NCBI GenBank assembly: GCA_009840175.1 | Contig: VXOI01000216.1 | Location: forward strand, 1,774 to 65,773 | Direction of reading: 5' to 3' | Length of the DNA: 64,000 nucleotides | From: Chloroflexota bacterium | Lineage (GTDB): Bacteria; Chloroflexota; Dehalococcoidia; Lucifugimonadales; UBA3495 | Part shown: piece by piece, positions 36,381-45,192 of the stretch | Layout: each line of letters starts with the position of its first letter | Numbering within the stretch: the first letter of the stretch is position 1 | Position numbers and translations under genes: made by a program | The notes under the pieces: generated by a model | What the model saw: only the letters and a program-made list of their open reading frames with translations | Database searches by the model: none | What the model was told of the DNA's origin: nothing

Positions 36381-37601
36381 TTAGGTGGTGTAAGCGCTGT
36401 TGATTACGACGTATTCCTCGGTCAGGTCGCAGCCCCAGGCCGTGGCGTTCTCGTCGCCCAGGTTGAGGGCGATGCGGAAGGTGACCTCGTCGCCCCGCAT
36501 CAGCGCCACCACGGCGTCGCGGTGGAAGGGGATGGGCCGGCCCGCCTCCATGATGCACACGCCGTTGATGAACAGGTCTATCTTCTCCTCCACCGCCTCG
36601 GCCTGGCTGCGTCCCAGCGCCGCCAGCAGACGTCCCCAGTTGGGGTCTGCGCCGTAGACCGCCGACTTGACCAGCAGTGACGAGCAGATGGTGCGGGCAG
36701 CGACGCGGGCGTCTTCGCTGGTGCGGGCGCCGGTGACCTCGACCACCAGCAGGTGGGTTGCGCCCTCGCCGTCGCGGGCCAGCAGGCGGGTGAGCTGCAC
36801 GCACACTTCCAGCAGTCCGGCCTTGAACGCCTCGGCCTCCGGCGTTCCGGCGGTGATGACCGGGTTCCCTGCGGCCCCGTTGGCCAACACCACCAGCGAA
36901 TCGTTAGTGCTGCTGTCGCCGTCAACGGTCAGCATATTCAGCGAGTAGTCGGCAACTTCCGGCAGCATCTGGCGCAGCAGGCCCTGGTCTATGGCGGCGT
37001 CGGTGGCAACGAAGCACAGCATGGTCGCCATATTGGGGTGGATCATTCCCGATCCCTTGGCCACGCCGCCGATTTGTACCTCTGTGCCGCTGATGTCCAC
37101 GGTCACACCCACTTCCTTGGGGTGGGTGTCGGTAGTCATCATGGCGCGGGCCAGCGGATTGCCTCCGTCCTCGGACAACTCAATCTGCTCCACGCCCGAC
37201 CTGATGAGGGTCATGGGCAATTCGACGCCTATGACTCCGGTGCTGAATACCAGCACTTCCTCGGGCTTCACGCCCAGGGAACCTGCGGCGATGACAGCCA
37301 TATCCTTGGCGTCTATGTAGCCCTGCTCGCCCACCCCGGCGTTGGCGATGCCCGAGTTGACCACCAGCCCCCGGATGGGCTGTCCCCCGGCAAGGGTTTC
37401 GCGGTTGACGGTCACCGACGGGGACACGATGCTGCTCTTGGTGAACACCCCGGCTGCGGCGCAGGGGGTATCCGACAGCAGCATGCCCACGTCCATCTTG
37501 TCGTCGGAATAGGTCTTGATTCCGGCATAGGTGCCGCCCGCCCGGAACCCTCGGGCCGTGGTGATGGTGCCGCCGTCAACTTTGCTGATACCGCCGGGCA
37601 T
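36381..37601 (-). CDS. argJ: Bifunctional glutamate N-acetyltransferase / amino-acid acetyltransferase
   Basis: MPGGISKVDGGITTARGFRAGG... and autoprocessing-site context ATMLCFVATDA. Only the C-terminal 406 aa of the 759-aa track ORF are ArgJ. Confidence 0.9.
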   Translation of the reverse strand: MPGGISKVDGGTITTARGFRAGGTYAGIKTYSDDKMDVGMLLSDTPCAAAGVFTKSSIVSPSVTVNRETLAGGQPIRGLVVNSGIANAGVGEQGYIDAKDMAVIAAGSLGVKPEEVLVFSTGVIGVELPMTLIRSGVEQIELSEDGGNPLARAMMTTDTHPKEVGVTVDISGTEVQIGGVAKGSGMIHPNMATMLCFVATDAAIDQGLLRQMLPEVADYSLNMLTVDGDSSTNDSLVVLANGAAGNPVITAGTPEAEAFKAGLLEVCVQLTRLLARDGEGATHLLVVEVTGARTSEDARVAARTICSSLLVKSAVYGADPNWGRLLAALGRSQAEAVEEKIDLFINGVCIMEAGRPIPFHRDAVVALMRGDEVTFRIALNLGDENATAWGCDLTEEYVVINSAYTT

Positions 37602-37697
37602 GGGCAACCGTCCTACATGCAGGATTGACCTATTGGTAGCTGTTTCAAGCCGCACAGAGTATACCATAAGGCGGTTCCTGTTCCGATAGCCAACGCG

Positions 37698-37841
37698 CTT
37701 TGCGATCAGGACGATTGCAAAGTAGCTGTAGTGGGTGCCTGTCATTCTGAGCGCAGCGAAGAATCCCTGGCTGCGGGAAAAGGACTCTTCGCTTCGCTCA
37801 GAGTGACAGGGTGGACTTTGCAATCGTCCTGGCTTTGCGAT
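37698..37841. repeat. MITE-like nested inverted-repeat element M2 (about 144 bp)
   Basis: Inner arms CTGTCATTCTGAGCGCAGCGAAGAATCC (37739-37766) and GGACTCTTCGCTTCGCTCAGAGTGACAG (37782-37809) share the core of M1. Outer arms CAGGACGATTGCAAAG (37707-37722) and CTTTGCAATCGTCCTG (37816-37831). Confidence 0.8.
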
Positions 37842-37940
37842 ACAGCGGGCTTGCCCATATACTTTGATTGAAGAGTATGTCTCTAACGTGATAGTGCCGT
37901 GGCTTGATAAAACCTGGGCCACGGCGGACGGTGTGATTAT

Positions 37941-39221
37941 ATGGCTAAAGTAACTCCCTTCCGTGGGTGGCGCTACAACCCGGCGGCGGTTGACGATATG
38001 GCCGCCGTGCTGTGCCCCCCGTATGACCTGATTACCCCGCAGATTCAGCAGGCCCTGATGGACCGGCACCCTCTGAACGTCATTCACCTGGAGGCCGGCG
38101 AGGGGCTGGACTGGTCCGCCGACCCGGCCGGTCGCTACGCCGAGACCTCCGAGCGGTTCGAGGAGTGGATGCGCGACGGAGTGCTGCGGCAAGACGCGGA
38201 ACCGGGCTACTACCTCCTCCGCCACGGCTTCACTCTGGGCGGACTGGAACGCTCCCGGCTGGGACTGATTGCCTGCGTCGGTCTGGAGGACTACGAGACT
38301 CGTCAGGTGCTGCCCCACGAGTTCACCGAAGCCCCGGCCATACGCGACCGGGTGACGCTGATGGAATCGGTGTCGGCCAACATCAGTCCCATCATGTCCA
38401 TCTACCGGGACGCTGGCAACGAGCTGGAGCCGGTCTTCCAACGGGTGATGGCTGGTACACCGGAAGTGGACGCAAGGGACGAATACGATACTGTCACCAC
38501 TATGTGGCGCATCGCCAATGACGAAGACATCGCCGCCATTGCCGGCTTCTTCGAGCGTCGCCCTGTCTTCCTCGCCGACGGGCATCACCGCTACGAAGCG
38601 TCCCGCCAGTACCAGATTGCCCGCCACGCCGAGGGGGCCGATGCCCCATCCAAGGCCCATAACTTCGTGATGATGACCCTGATTTCCTTCGACGACCCTG
38701 GTCTGGTGGTGCTACCCTACCACCGCAACCTGAGCGGCCTGAGCGACGAGCAACTGGCTCGCGTGAACTCCCGAATCTTGGAAGTGTTTGACGCCGAACC
38801 TGCTGGCAACCGCTCTGCGGCGGAAGTCGTGGAACTGGTCGAGGAGCGAGGCCGCACCGGCCGGGTCATGGCGGCCCTGACCCCGGACGGAGCGCAACTG
38901 CTCACGCTACGCCCCTCGGCCATCGCTGACGACTGGGGCGCAATGGCGGTCTCTGAAGCCTGGGTGCTGGAGGAAAAAATCCTGCGCCCAGAGCTGGGCA
39001 ACAGGACGCTGGAACACCTGGGATTCCTGCATGACCATGAAGAAGCCGCCGCCGGCGTCGCCAACGGCTCTCTGCAAATGGCCTTCTTGATGAAGCCCTT
39101 CCCGATGGACGCCTTTGAGGACATCGTCGGGCAGGGCCAGCGCCTCCCTCGCAAGTCCACCTTCTTCTACCCCAAGCTGCCCACCGGCCTGGTAATCAAC
39201 CGTATTGACGGGGAGATATAA
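37941..39221 (+). CDS. DUF1015 domain-containing protein
   Basis: N-terminal V.PFRGWRYNP....PPYD.I and ADGHHRYEAS, both typical of DUF1015. Confidence 0.8.
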   Translation: MAKVTPFRGWRYNPAAVDDMAAVLCPPYDLITPQIQQALMDRHPLNVIHLEAGEGLDWSADPAGRYAETSERFEEWMRDGVLRQDAEPGYYLLRHGFTLGGLERSRLGLIACVGLEDYETRQVLPHEFTEAPAIRDRVTLMESVSANISPIMSIYRDAGNELEPVFQRVMAGTPEVDARDEYDTVTTMWRIANDEDIAAIAGFFERRPVFLADGHHRYEASRQYQIARHAEGADAPSKAHNFVMMTLISFDDPGLVVLPYHRNLSGLSDEQLARVNSRILEVFDAEPAGNRSAAEVVELVEERGRTGRVMAALTPDGAQLLTLRPSAIADDWGAMAVSEAWVLEEKILRPELGNRTLEHLGFLHDHEEAAAGVANGSLQMAFLMKPFPMDAFEDIVGQGQRLPRKSTFFYPKLPTGLVINRIDGEI

Positions 39222-39258
39222 CCCCCAATAGCGGGCTTGGTTCACGCAGTAAAGCGTA

Positions 39259-39280
39259 GGGGCGCACCTATGTGCGCCCC
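39259..39280 (+). terminator. Intrinsic terminator
   Basis: GGGGCGCAC-CTAT-GTGCGCCCC followed by ATTTTCATT. Confidence 0.65.
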
Positions 39281-39312
39281 ATTTTCATTGCTGCACTTGC
39301 AGGAAGCCCAAC

Positions 39313-39753
39313 TCAGCCCCGCTCCTCGTACCGCGAAGTAATGGCCTGCTCGGCGCGCTTGCTGCCTTCCGCGATGAACACTTCCAGGCGGCGTATTTCG
39401 GTCGCAGTCTCTTCGTCTGCCGCTCCCCGGCGTTTCAGGTCGGCCAGGGTGGTCCGGGCTTCATCCACCTGCTTCAGCAGCACCAGTGATTCCAGTTCCT
39501 GGGTGGCCGAGGCCTTTATCTGCAACAACCGGCGGCGCACCGCCTCGGCGTCCGCTAGGCGCTCCTCGATCTCGCCCATTGCCGCCAGCGAAGCGTCGAG
39601 GCTGGCCTGCCCGTACATGGCCTGGCGCGGCACGCGGCGAAGCTGCTGCCGGAACTGGGAAATCTGCGCATCCAGTTGCGCTTCCTTGTTCTCCATCTCG
39701 GCCAAGCCGATACGGAGATTGGCCATGGCCTTTTCCAGTTGGGATACCGACAC
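39313..39753 (-). CDS. Hypothetical coiled-coil protein
   Basis: 146 aa, heptad-rich and highly charged (LEKAMANLRIGLAEMENKEAQLDAQISQFRQQL...). No family assigned. Confidence 0.5.
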   Translation of the reverse strand: MSVSQLEKAMANLRIGLAEMENKEAQLDAQISQFRQQLRRVPRQAMYGQASLDASLAAMGEIEERLADAEAVRRRLLQIKASATQELESLVLLKQVDEARTTLADLKRRGAADEETATEIRRLEVFIAEGSKRAEQAITSRYEERG

Positions 39754-39769
39754 TTTGTGCGCTCCGCAT

Positions 39770-39866
39770 CAGTCTGAATCAGGGTTGACGATATGAAAGG
39801 ATTTGCCGGATGAATTGGACTCTGTCCTGAAAGTCCTTCAATCCGGCAAACCCTGATTCAGACAGT
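39770..39866. repeat. MITE-like hairpin element M3 (about 97 bp)
   Basis: Perfect 15 bp terminal arms GTCTGAATCAGGGTT (39772-39786) and AACCCTGATTCAGAC (39849-39863). The terminal GTCTGAATCAGG is shared with M1. An inner TTTGCCGGAT/ATCCGGCAAA pair is present. Confidence 0.75.
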
Positions 39867-39868
39867 TT

Positions 39869-40981
39869 CTAACCTGCGCTGAACCCCACTTCTGGCAGCA
39901 ACTCGCGCAGGGCCTCGATTACCTCTTCGATGTCGTCCTCTGTAACGTGGCCCAGGTGCCCGATGCGGAAGATGCTGGTGCTCAGCTTGCCCTGTCCACC
40001 GGCCAGCACCACGTTCTTCTCCGTCCGCAGGCGTCCCATCAGCGCGCGCCCGTCAATCCCCTCCGGCATCTTCACTGCCGTGACGGTGTTGGAGGCATAC
40101 CGCTCGTCCGAAACCAGCAGTTCCAGCCCCAGTTCGCGGATGCGGTCGCGGGTGTGCTGTCCGATGGCGGCATGGCGCCCGAACACGCCTTCCAGCCCTT
40201 CGTCCAGAATCTTGTCCAGCCCCAGCGAGAGACCGTACATCGCTGCCACGTTGGGAGTGAAGGGAGTCTGCCCCCGTTCCAGCGTCTTCTTCGCCTCTTC
40301 CAGGTCGAAGTAGAACCGGGGCATGGTGGCCGTCTTCTGCGCTTCCCACGCCCGCTCGCTGACGCTGATGAAGGCCAGGCCGGGCGGAATCATAAACCCC
40401 TTCTGCGAGGCCGTGCCGACGAGATCGCAGTCCCAGGCGTCCACCGGCAAGGGCAGGCAGCCCAGGCTGCTCACGGCGTCCACCAGCAGCAGCTTGTCGA
40501 ACTCCTGCTTGGCGATGCGAGCGATTTCCTCCAGCGGGTGAGTGACGCCGGTAGATGTCTCGTTGTGGGTGATCATCACCGCCTTGACTTCCGGGTCGTC
40601 CCGCAGTACCTGCCGGATGGCGTCCGGGTCCACAGGCTCGCCCCACTCGAAGTCCAGCCGCGTGATGTCAGCGCCGAAGGCCACGGCCATATCAATGAAG
40701 CGGTCGCCGAAGGAGCCGGCCGTCGCCGCCACCACCTTGTCTCCGGGCGACAGCGTGTTGACCAGCGAGGCTTCCAGCGCCCCGGTGCCGGACGCGGTGA
40801 GGATGAACAGGTCGTTGCTGGTCATAAAGACCTGCTTCAACTGTGCGGTGACCTTGGTTATCAATTCGTCGAACTCGGGGCCGCGATGGTTGATCATAGG
40901 ATTCCCCATCGCTTCTACGATGTCGTCGGGGATGGGCGTTGGGCCGGGAGTTCGCAGGTTCTGGGGTTCGATTTTCAGCAT
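39869..40981 (-). CDS. Class V PLP aminotransferase (serine-glyoxylate / alanine-glyoxylate / SerC-like)
   Basis: Class V layout with VDAVSSLG and TASQKGFMIPPGL (PLP lysine). Confidence 0.8.
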   Translation of the reverse strand: MLKIEPQNLRTPGPTPIPDDIVEAMGNPMINHRGPEFDELITKVTAQLKQVFMTSNDLFILTASGTGALEASLVNTLSPGDKVVAATAGSFGDRFIDMAVAFGADITRLDFEWGEPVDPDAIRQVLRDDPEVKAVMITHNETSTGVTHPLEEIARIAKQEFDKLLLVDAVSSLGCLPLPVDAWDCDLVGTASQKGFMIPPGLAFISVSERAWEAQKTATMPRFYFDLEEAKKTLERGQTPFTPNVAAMYGLSLGLDKILDEGLEGVFGRHAAIGQHTRDRIRELGLELLVSDERYASNTVTAVKMPEGIDGRALMGRLRTEKNVVLAGGQGKLSTSIFRIGHLGHVTEDDIEEVIEALRELLPEVGFSAG

Positions 40982-41216
40982 GGCAAATCCTTAAATCAAT
41001 TGAGCCGGATGAAATTGGATGCCGCCGCCCCTTACATGGACGCGACGGATTCCGTTCAGGCAACACCAATTCCTCATTATAGCATTCCCATGTTACAAGG
41101 GAGTTAACCGCCCGCCCCGTCGTGCCCGGGAGGTCCGGCGGTATGGGCAGAAACGGAACCGGCCAGTATTATAGTGACACTGGCAAAACCGCAATCAAAC
41201 CGCCGCCTGAGAGAGA

Positions 41217-41837
41217 ATGGAGGACATCATGGCTCTGGAACTCAACCCCGGACATACGGCCCTGCTGGCCATGGACTTCGAGAACGACATCGTCCACGAA
41301 GAGGGGGCATTCAAGGACTTCGGCTTCGCGCAGATGGTGAAGGACAACGACGTGCTGGGCAAGACTGCCAGCCTGCTCACCGCCGCCCGCAACGCTGGCG
41401 TCCTGGTCATCTACGTCTCCGTCAAGTTCCGCCCCGGCTACCCGGAACGCCCGGCCAACGGCGGACTGTGGCAGGGACTCCACGGCGCCAACGCCCTCAT
41501 CGAAGGCACTTGGGGCGCGTCCATCCACGACGCCGTAGCCCCGCAGGAGGGCGAGCCGGTGGTCACCAAGCGCGGCGTCTCGGCTTTCATGGCCTCCGAC
41601 CTGGAGCCTATCCTCAAGAACAAGCGCATCGGCACGCTGCTGCTGGCCGGCGTCGCCACCAACTTCGTGGTCGAAGGCACCGCCCGCGAAGCCAGCGACC
41701 GGGGCTACAACGTCGTCATAGTCGGCGACTGCTGCGCCTCGGTGAACCAGGAAGCCCACGACGCCTCCCTCACCGTCGCCCTGCCCTTCCTCTCCACCAT
41801 CTCCAACAGCGAGGAAGTGACCGCCGCGCTGGCGTAG
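41217..41837 (+). CDS. Isochorismatase-family hydrolase (the usual nucleophile Cys appears substituted)
   Basis: ALLAMDFEND (Asp) and VSVKF (Lys) are present, but the GxxTxxCV position reads AGVATNFVVEGT. An alternative start exists at 41229. Confidence 0.75.
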   Translation: MEDIMALELNPGHTALLAMDFENDIVHEEGAFKDFGFAQMVKDNDVLGKTASLLTAARNAGVLVIYVSVKFRPGYPERPANGGLWQGLHGANALIEGTWGASIHDAVAPQEGEPVVTKRGVSAFMASDLEPILKNKRIGTLLLAGVATNFVVEGTAREASDRGYNVVIVGDCCASVNQEAHDASLTVALPFLSTISNSEEVTAALA

Positions 41838-41856
41838 CCTCGCTCAATGGACAGGA

Positions 41857-41892
41857 AACAGCGCGGCGTTCGATGCGGCGCGCTGTTTTTTT
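41857..41892 (+). terminator. Intrinsic terminator
   Basis: AACAGCGCG-N13-CGCGCTGTT followed by TTTTT. Confidence 0.7.
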
Positions 41893-41945
41893 GCCCGCGA
41901 AAATTGGTAACATAATGCAGGAAATGTGAATGGAGCCGCCGACCA

Positions 41946-44201
41946 ATGACCTATCCTGAGCCAGTCGAAGGGCGCAGCCTGCTGGAGGGCCTTAACCCGG
42001 CGCAGCGCGAAGCCGTGGAGCACGTTGACGGCCCGCTGCTCATCGTCGCCGGGCCCGGCAGCGGCAAGACCCGCGTCATCACCCACCGCATCGCCTACTT
42101 GGTGCAAGAGTACGGTGTCACGCCCTACAGCATCCTGGCCATGACCTTCACCAACAAGGCGGCGCGGGAGATGCGCGACCGGCTCAACCGTCTGGTCGGC
42201 TCCCACAGCGACGCCCTCACCGTCGGCACCTTCCATTCCTTCTGCGCCCGCCTGCTGCGGCGAGAGGGCGAGCGCGTCGGCCTGCCCCGCAACTACTCCA
42301 TCTTCGACGACGACGACCAGATGTCCGCCATCCGTCACTGCCTCGAGGAAGCCGACTACGACCCCAAGCGCTACCCGCCCCGGGCCGTGCTGGCGACTAT
42401 ATCGAAGGCCAAGAGCGTGTTGCAGGACTCGCAGACCATGGCGCAGCACGCCGTGGGCGACTACTTCGAGGAAGTCTGCGCCCGCGTCTACCGCCACTAC
42501 GAGGAACTGCTGGCCCGAAATGGCGCGGCGGACTTCGACGACCTGCTGCTCCGCACCGCGCAACTGTTCCGCGAGTTCCCGGAGGTGTTGCAGGCTTACC
42601 AGCACCGCTATAACTACCTGATGGTGGACGAGTTCCAGGACACCAACATCGCGCAGTACCGCATCTCCCAGATGCTGGCCCGCTCGCACCAGAACTTCTG
42701 CGTCGTCGGCGACCCCGACCAGTCCATCTACTCCTGGCGCAGCGCCGACGTGCGCAACATCCTCAACTTCAAGTCCGACAATCCCAGGGCGCGAGTCATA
42801 TCGCTGGGGCAGAACTACCGCTCCACCAGCAACATCCTCAACGCCGCCAAAGGCCTTATCGCAACTAACGGCCAGCGGCTGGACAATGACCTGTTCACCG
42901 AGAACACCGTCGGCCTGCCTGTGCAGTTGCACGAGGCATACACCGACGACGAAGAAGCAGACAGCGTCATCGCTGAGATCGGGCGTCTGTCCCGCGAGCA
43001 AGGCTTCAAGCTGGGCGACTGCGCCGTGCTGTACCGGGTCAACGCCCAGTCCCGCGCCCTTGAAGAAGCCTGCCTGAGCCAGGGCATGAAGTATCGCTTG
43101 GTGGGAGGCACTCGTTTCTACCAACGGAAAGAAATCAAAGACCTCGCCGCTTACCTGCGGCTGCTCTACAACCCGCAGGACGACGTGAACCTCTCGCGGA
43201 TTATCAACGTGCCGCCCCGTGGCATTGGAGCCAAGTCCATTCAGCAACTCGGAGAATGGGCGGCGTACCGGGAAAGCTCGATGTATGAGGGGATGCGGGA
43301 AATCGCCGCCTCCCACGCCGCCAGACAGTCCTGCCCTGCGCCGCTTGCCACTCGCGCCGTATCCTCTGTCGCCAGGTTCGTCGAGGCCATGGCCCGGCTC
43401 ATGGCCTTCAGCCAGGAAGTCGAAGTGGTCAAGCTCGTTGACTTGGTGCTGGAAGAGTCGGGACTGCGGAAGCACATTCAGGACAGCGACGACCGTCCCG
43501 AAGAACGCTGGGAAAACGTGCTGGCCTTCCGCGCCCTCGCCCAGGAGTTCAACGCCGAAACCCCGCCGGACGGACTTGGCTCCCTGCTGGAGCGCACTGC
43601 CCTTGTGTCGCAGGTGGATGAGTACGAAGAGGCCGAGGATTCTCTCACCCTCATCACGCTGCACCAAGCCAAGGGCTTGGAGTTCCCGGTTGTGTTCATC
43701 GTGGGGCTGGAGGAGGGACTGTTGCCCCACAGCCGCTCCATGGACAGCGAAGCCCAGTTGGAAGAAGAGCGGCGGCTCTGCTACGTTGGCATGACCCGCG
43801 CCCAGCAGCGGCTCTACCTACTGCGGGCCTTCCGCCGCGGCTTCAGGAACGGTACGGGCGGTGGCCCTGCGGTTGCCTCCCGCTTCCTGCGCGAGATACC
43901 CGAGGACCTCGTTGCCTCGGCGGACCTCGGCCCATCCCGGGCCGTCTCGCCGCCCACGCCCGGACGCGGCAGTTCCATCCGCGCCGCAGTGCTGGCCAAC
44001 GCCGCTGCGTCAGCAGCCCCGCCGTCTGGCCCGTCGCTTCGAGTTGGCGACTTGGTGCGCCATCGCGCTTTCGGTGAAGGCATCGTCACCGCCTACAATC
44101 CTTCCGCATCCGACGATGAAGTCACCGTGGAGTTCGCTGGCGGCGTGGGCGTGAAACGATTGCTGCTCAGCTTCGCCCCGCTGGAAAAACTGGACGACTA
44201 A
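41946..44201 (+). CDS. pcrA: ATP-dependent DNA helicase PcrA/UvrD (SF1)
   Basis: Walker A AGPGSGKT, DEFQDTN, YRS, VTLITLHQAKGLEFPVVF, RRLCYVGMTRA. Confidence 0.92.
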   Translation: MTYPEPVEGRSLLEGLNPAQREAVEHVDGPLLIVAGPGSGKTRVITHRIAYLVQEYGVTPYSILAMTFTNKAAREMRDRLNRLVGSHSDALTVGTFHSFCARLLRREGERVGLPRNYSIFDDDDQMSAIRHCLEEADYDPKRYPPRAVLATISKAKSVLQDSQTMAQHAVGDYFEEVCARVYRHYEELLARNGAADFDDLLLRTAQLFREFPEVLQAYQHRYNYLMVDEFQDTNIAQYRISQMLARSHQNFCVVGDPDQSIYSWRSADVRNILNFKSDNPRARVISLGQNYRSTSNILNAAKGLIATNGQRLDNDLFTENTVGLPVQLHEAYTDDEEADSVIAEIGRLSREQGFKLGDCAVLYRVNAQSRALEEACLSQGMKYRLVGGTRFYQRKEIKDLAAYLRLLYNPQDDVNLSRIINVPPRGIGAKSIQQLGEWAAYRESSMYEGMREIAASHAARQSCPAPLATRAVSSVARFVEAMARLMAFSQEVEVVKLVDLVLEESGLRKHIQDSDDRPEERWENVLAFRALAQEFNAETPPDGLGSLLERTALVSQVDEYEEAEDSLTLITLHQAKGLEFPVVFIVGLEEGLLPHSRSMDSEAQLEEERRLCYVGMTRAQQRLYLLRAFRRGFRNGTGGGPAVASRFLREIPEDLVASADLGPSRAVSPPTPGRGSSIRAAVLANAAASAAPPSGPSLRVGDLVRHRAFGEGIVTAYNPSASDDEVTVEFAGGVGVKRLLLSFAPLEKLDD

Positions 44202-44239
44202 TCTCCCTGCGCACTGAAAGAGGTAGCTGACTCAAGGCC

Positions 44240-45076
44240 ATGCTTGACAAGATGCGGGGCTACGCCCACCGGCTCACCAAATCCCACGCTTTTGAATACT
44301 TCATCATCGGTCTCATTCTCTTCAACGCCGTTGTCCTTGGCCTTGAGACCCTCCCATCCGTGATGAACGGGTATTCCTACTGGATAGGCTTGTCTCAGCA
44401 GGCAATACTGGGAGTGTTCATCATCGAGGCGGCCTTGAAGATATTCGCCCTCACTCCGAGGGCTGACCGCTATTTCCGCGATGGGTGGAATGTCTTTGAT
44501 TTCTCCATCATCGTGCTCTCCCTGGTTCCCGCTACCGGCGGATTCGCCGTCATCGCCCGCCTGGCCCGCCTGATGCGCCTCCTCAGGCTGGTGTCCGCCG
44601 TGCCGGAGTTGCGGCTGATAGTGGCGACGCTGGTACGCTCCATCCCTAGTATGCTCCATATCGTGGCCCTGATGAGCCTGATGGTCTACATCTACGCCAT
44701 CATCGGCTATCAGCTATTCCACGAGCATGACCCCGAACACTGGCGCAACCTCGGCATCTCCCTGCTGTCCCTCTTCCGCGTGGTCACGCTGGAAGACTGG
44801 ACTGACATAATGTACAAGGCGATGGAACTGCACCCACTGGCCTGGATTTACTTCGTCAGCTTCGTCATATTCGGGACATTCGTTGTAATCAACCTCTTCA
44901 TCGCGGTAGTCATCAACAACCTGGACGAAGCCAAGCAGGAACGCCTGCGCAAGCTGGAACAGCCGCCTACCTCCGAAAACCTCCTCAGCGAACTCCGCGC
45001 CACCCAGCAGTCCCTGCGCCGCCTGGAGGACCAACTGCAACGCCGCCAGGAGGAAGATGACGAAGGCAGCGGATGA
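44240..45076 (+). CDS. Voltage-gated ion channel, single-domain 6TM BacNaV-like
   Basis: S4 segment RLARLMRLLRLV (four Arg at every third position), pore/filter FRVVTLEDWTDIMY, and a C-terminal coiled coil. Confidence 0.85.
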   Translation: MLDKMRGYAHRLTKSHAFEYFIIGLILFNAVVLGLETLPSVMNGYSYWIGLSQQAILGVFIIEAALKIFALTPRADRYFRDGWNVFDFSIIVLSLVPATGGFAVIARLARLMRLLRLVSAVPELRLIVATLVRSIPSMLHIVALMSLMVYIYAIIGYQLFHEHDPEHWRNLGISLLSLFRVVTLEDWTDIMYKAMELHPLAWIYFVSFVIFGTFVVINLFIAVVINNLDEAKQERLRKLEQPPTSENLLSELRATQQSLRRLEDQLQRRQEEDDEGSG

Positions 45077-45192
45077 ACGCCCGTCGTTGTGCGCCACTGA
45101 CAGCCTGCAATTGACACCAGCCCGCGCCGGGGTGGAATATAGACGGCGATCTGCATTGCTGCTAAACGATACTGATACATAGGAGTCCTGTT

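Noticed and set aside
36381-38660. 759-aa minus-strand ORF in the track, which could be read as a giant ArgJ fusion protein.
   Set aside because: Only the C-terminal 406 aa (from MPGGISKVDGG at 37601) look like ArgJ. The upstream part runs through the MITE-like element M2 and is antisense to the well-supported DUF1015 gene. Its sequence is low-complexity (G/V/R/A/P-rich), typical of antisense frames in high-GC DNA.
41844-43730. 628-aa minus-strand ORF. Similar long antisense ORFs: 59334-60821 (+), 55057-56340 (-), 9949-10920 (-), 30905-32203 (+), 24096-25061 (-), 13014-14339 (+), 3323-4321 (-).
   Set aside because: Each lies opposite a gene with strong family motifs (pcrA, atpD, the hdrD-like gene, the PAL-like gene, the aminotransferase, the ACAD, an amidase, the esterase). 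Each has an Arg/Gly/Ala/Pro/His-rich composition and no motif. These are the stop-poor antisense frames expected at this GC content.
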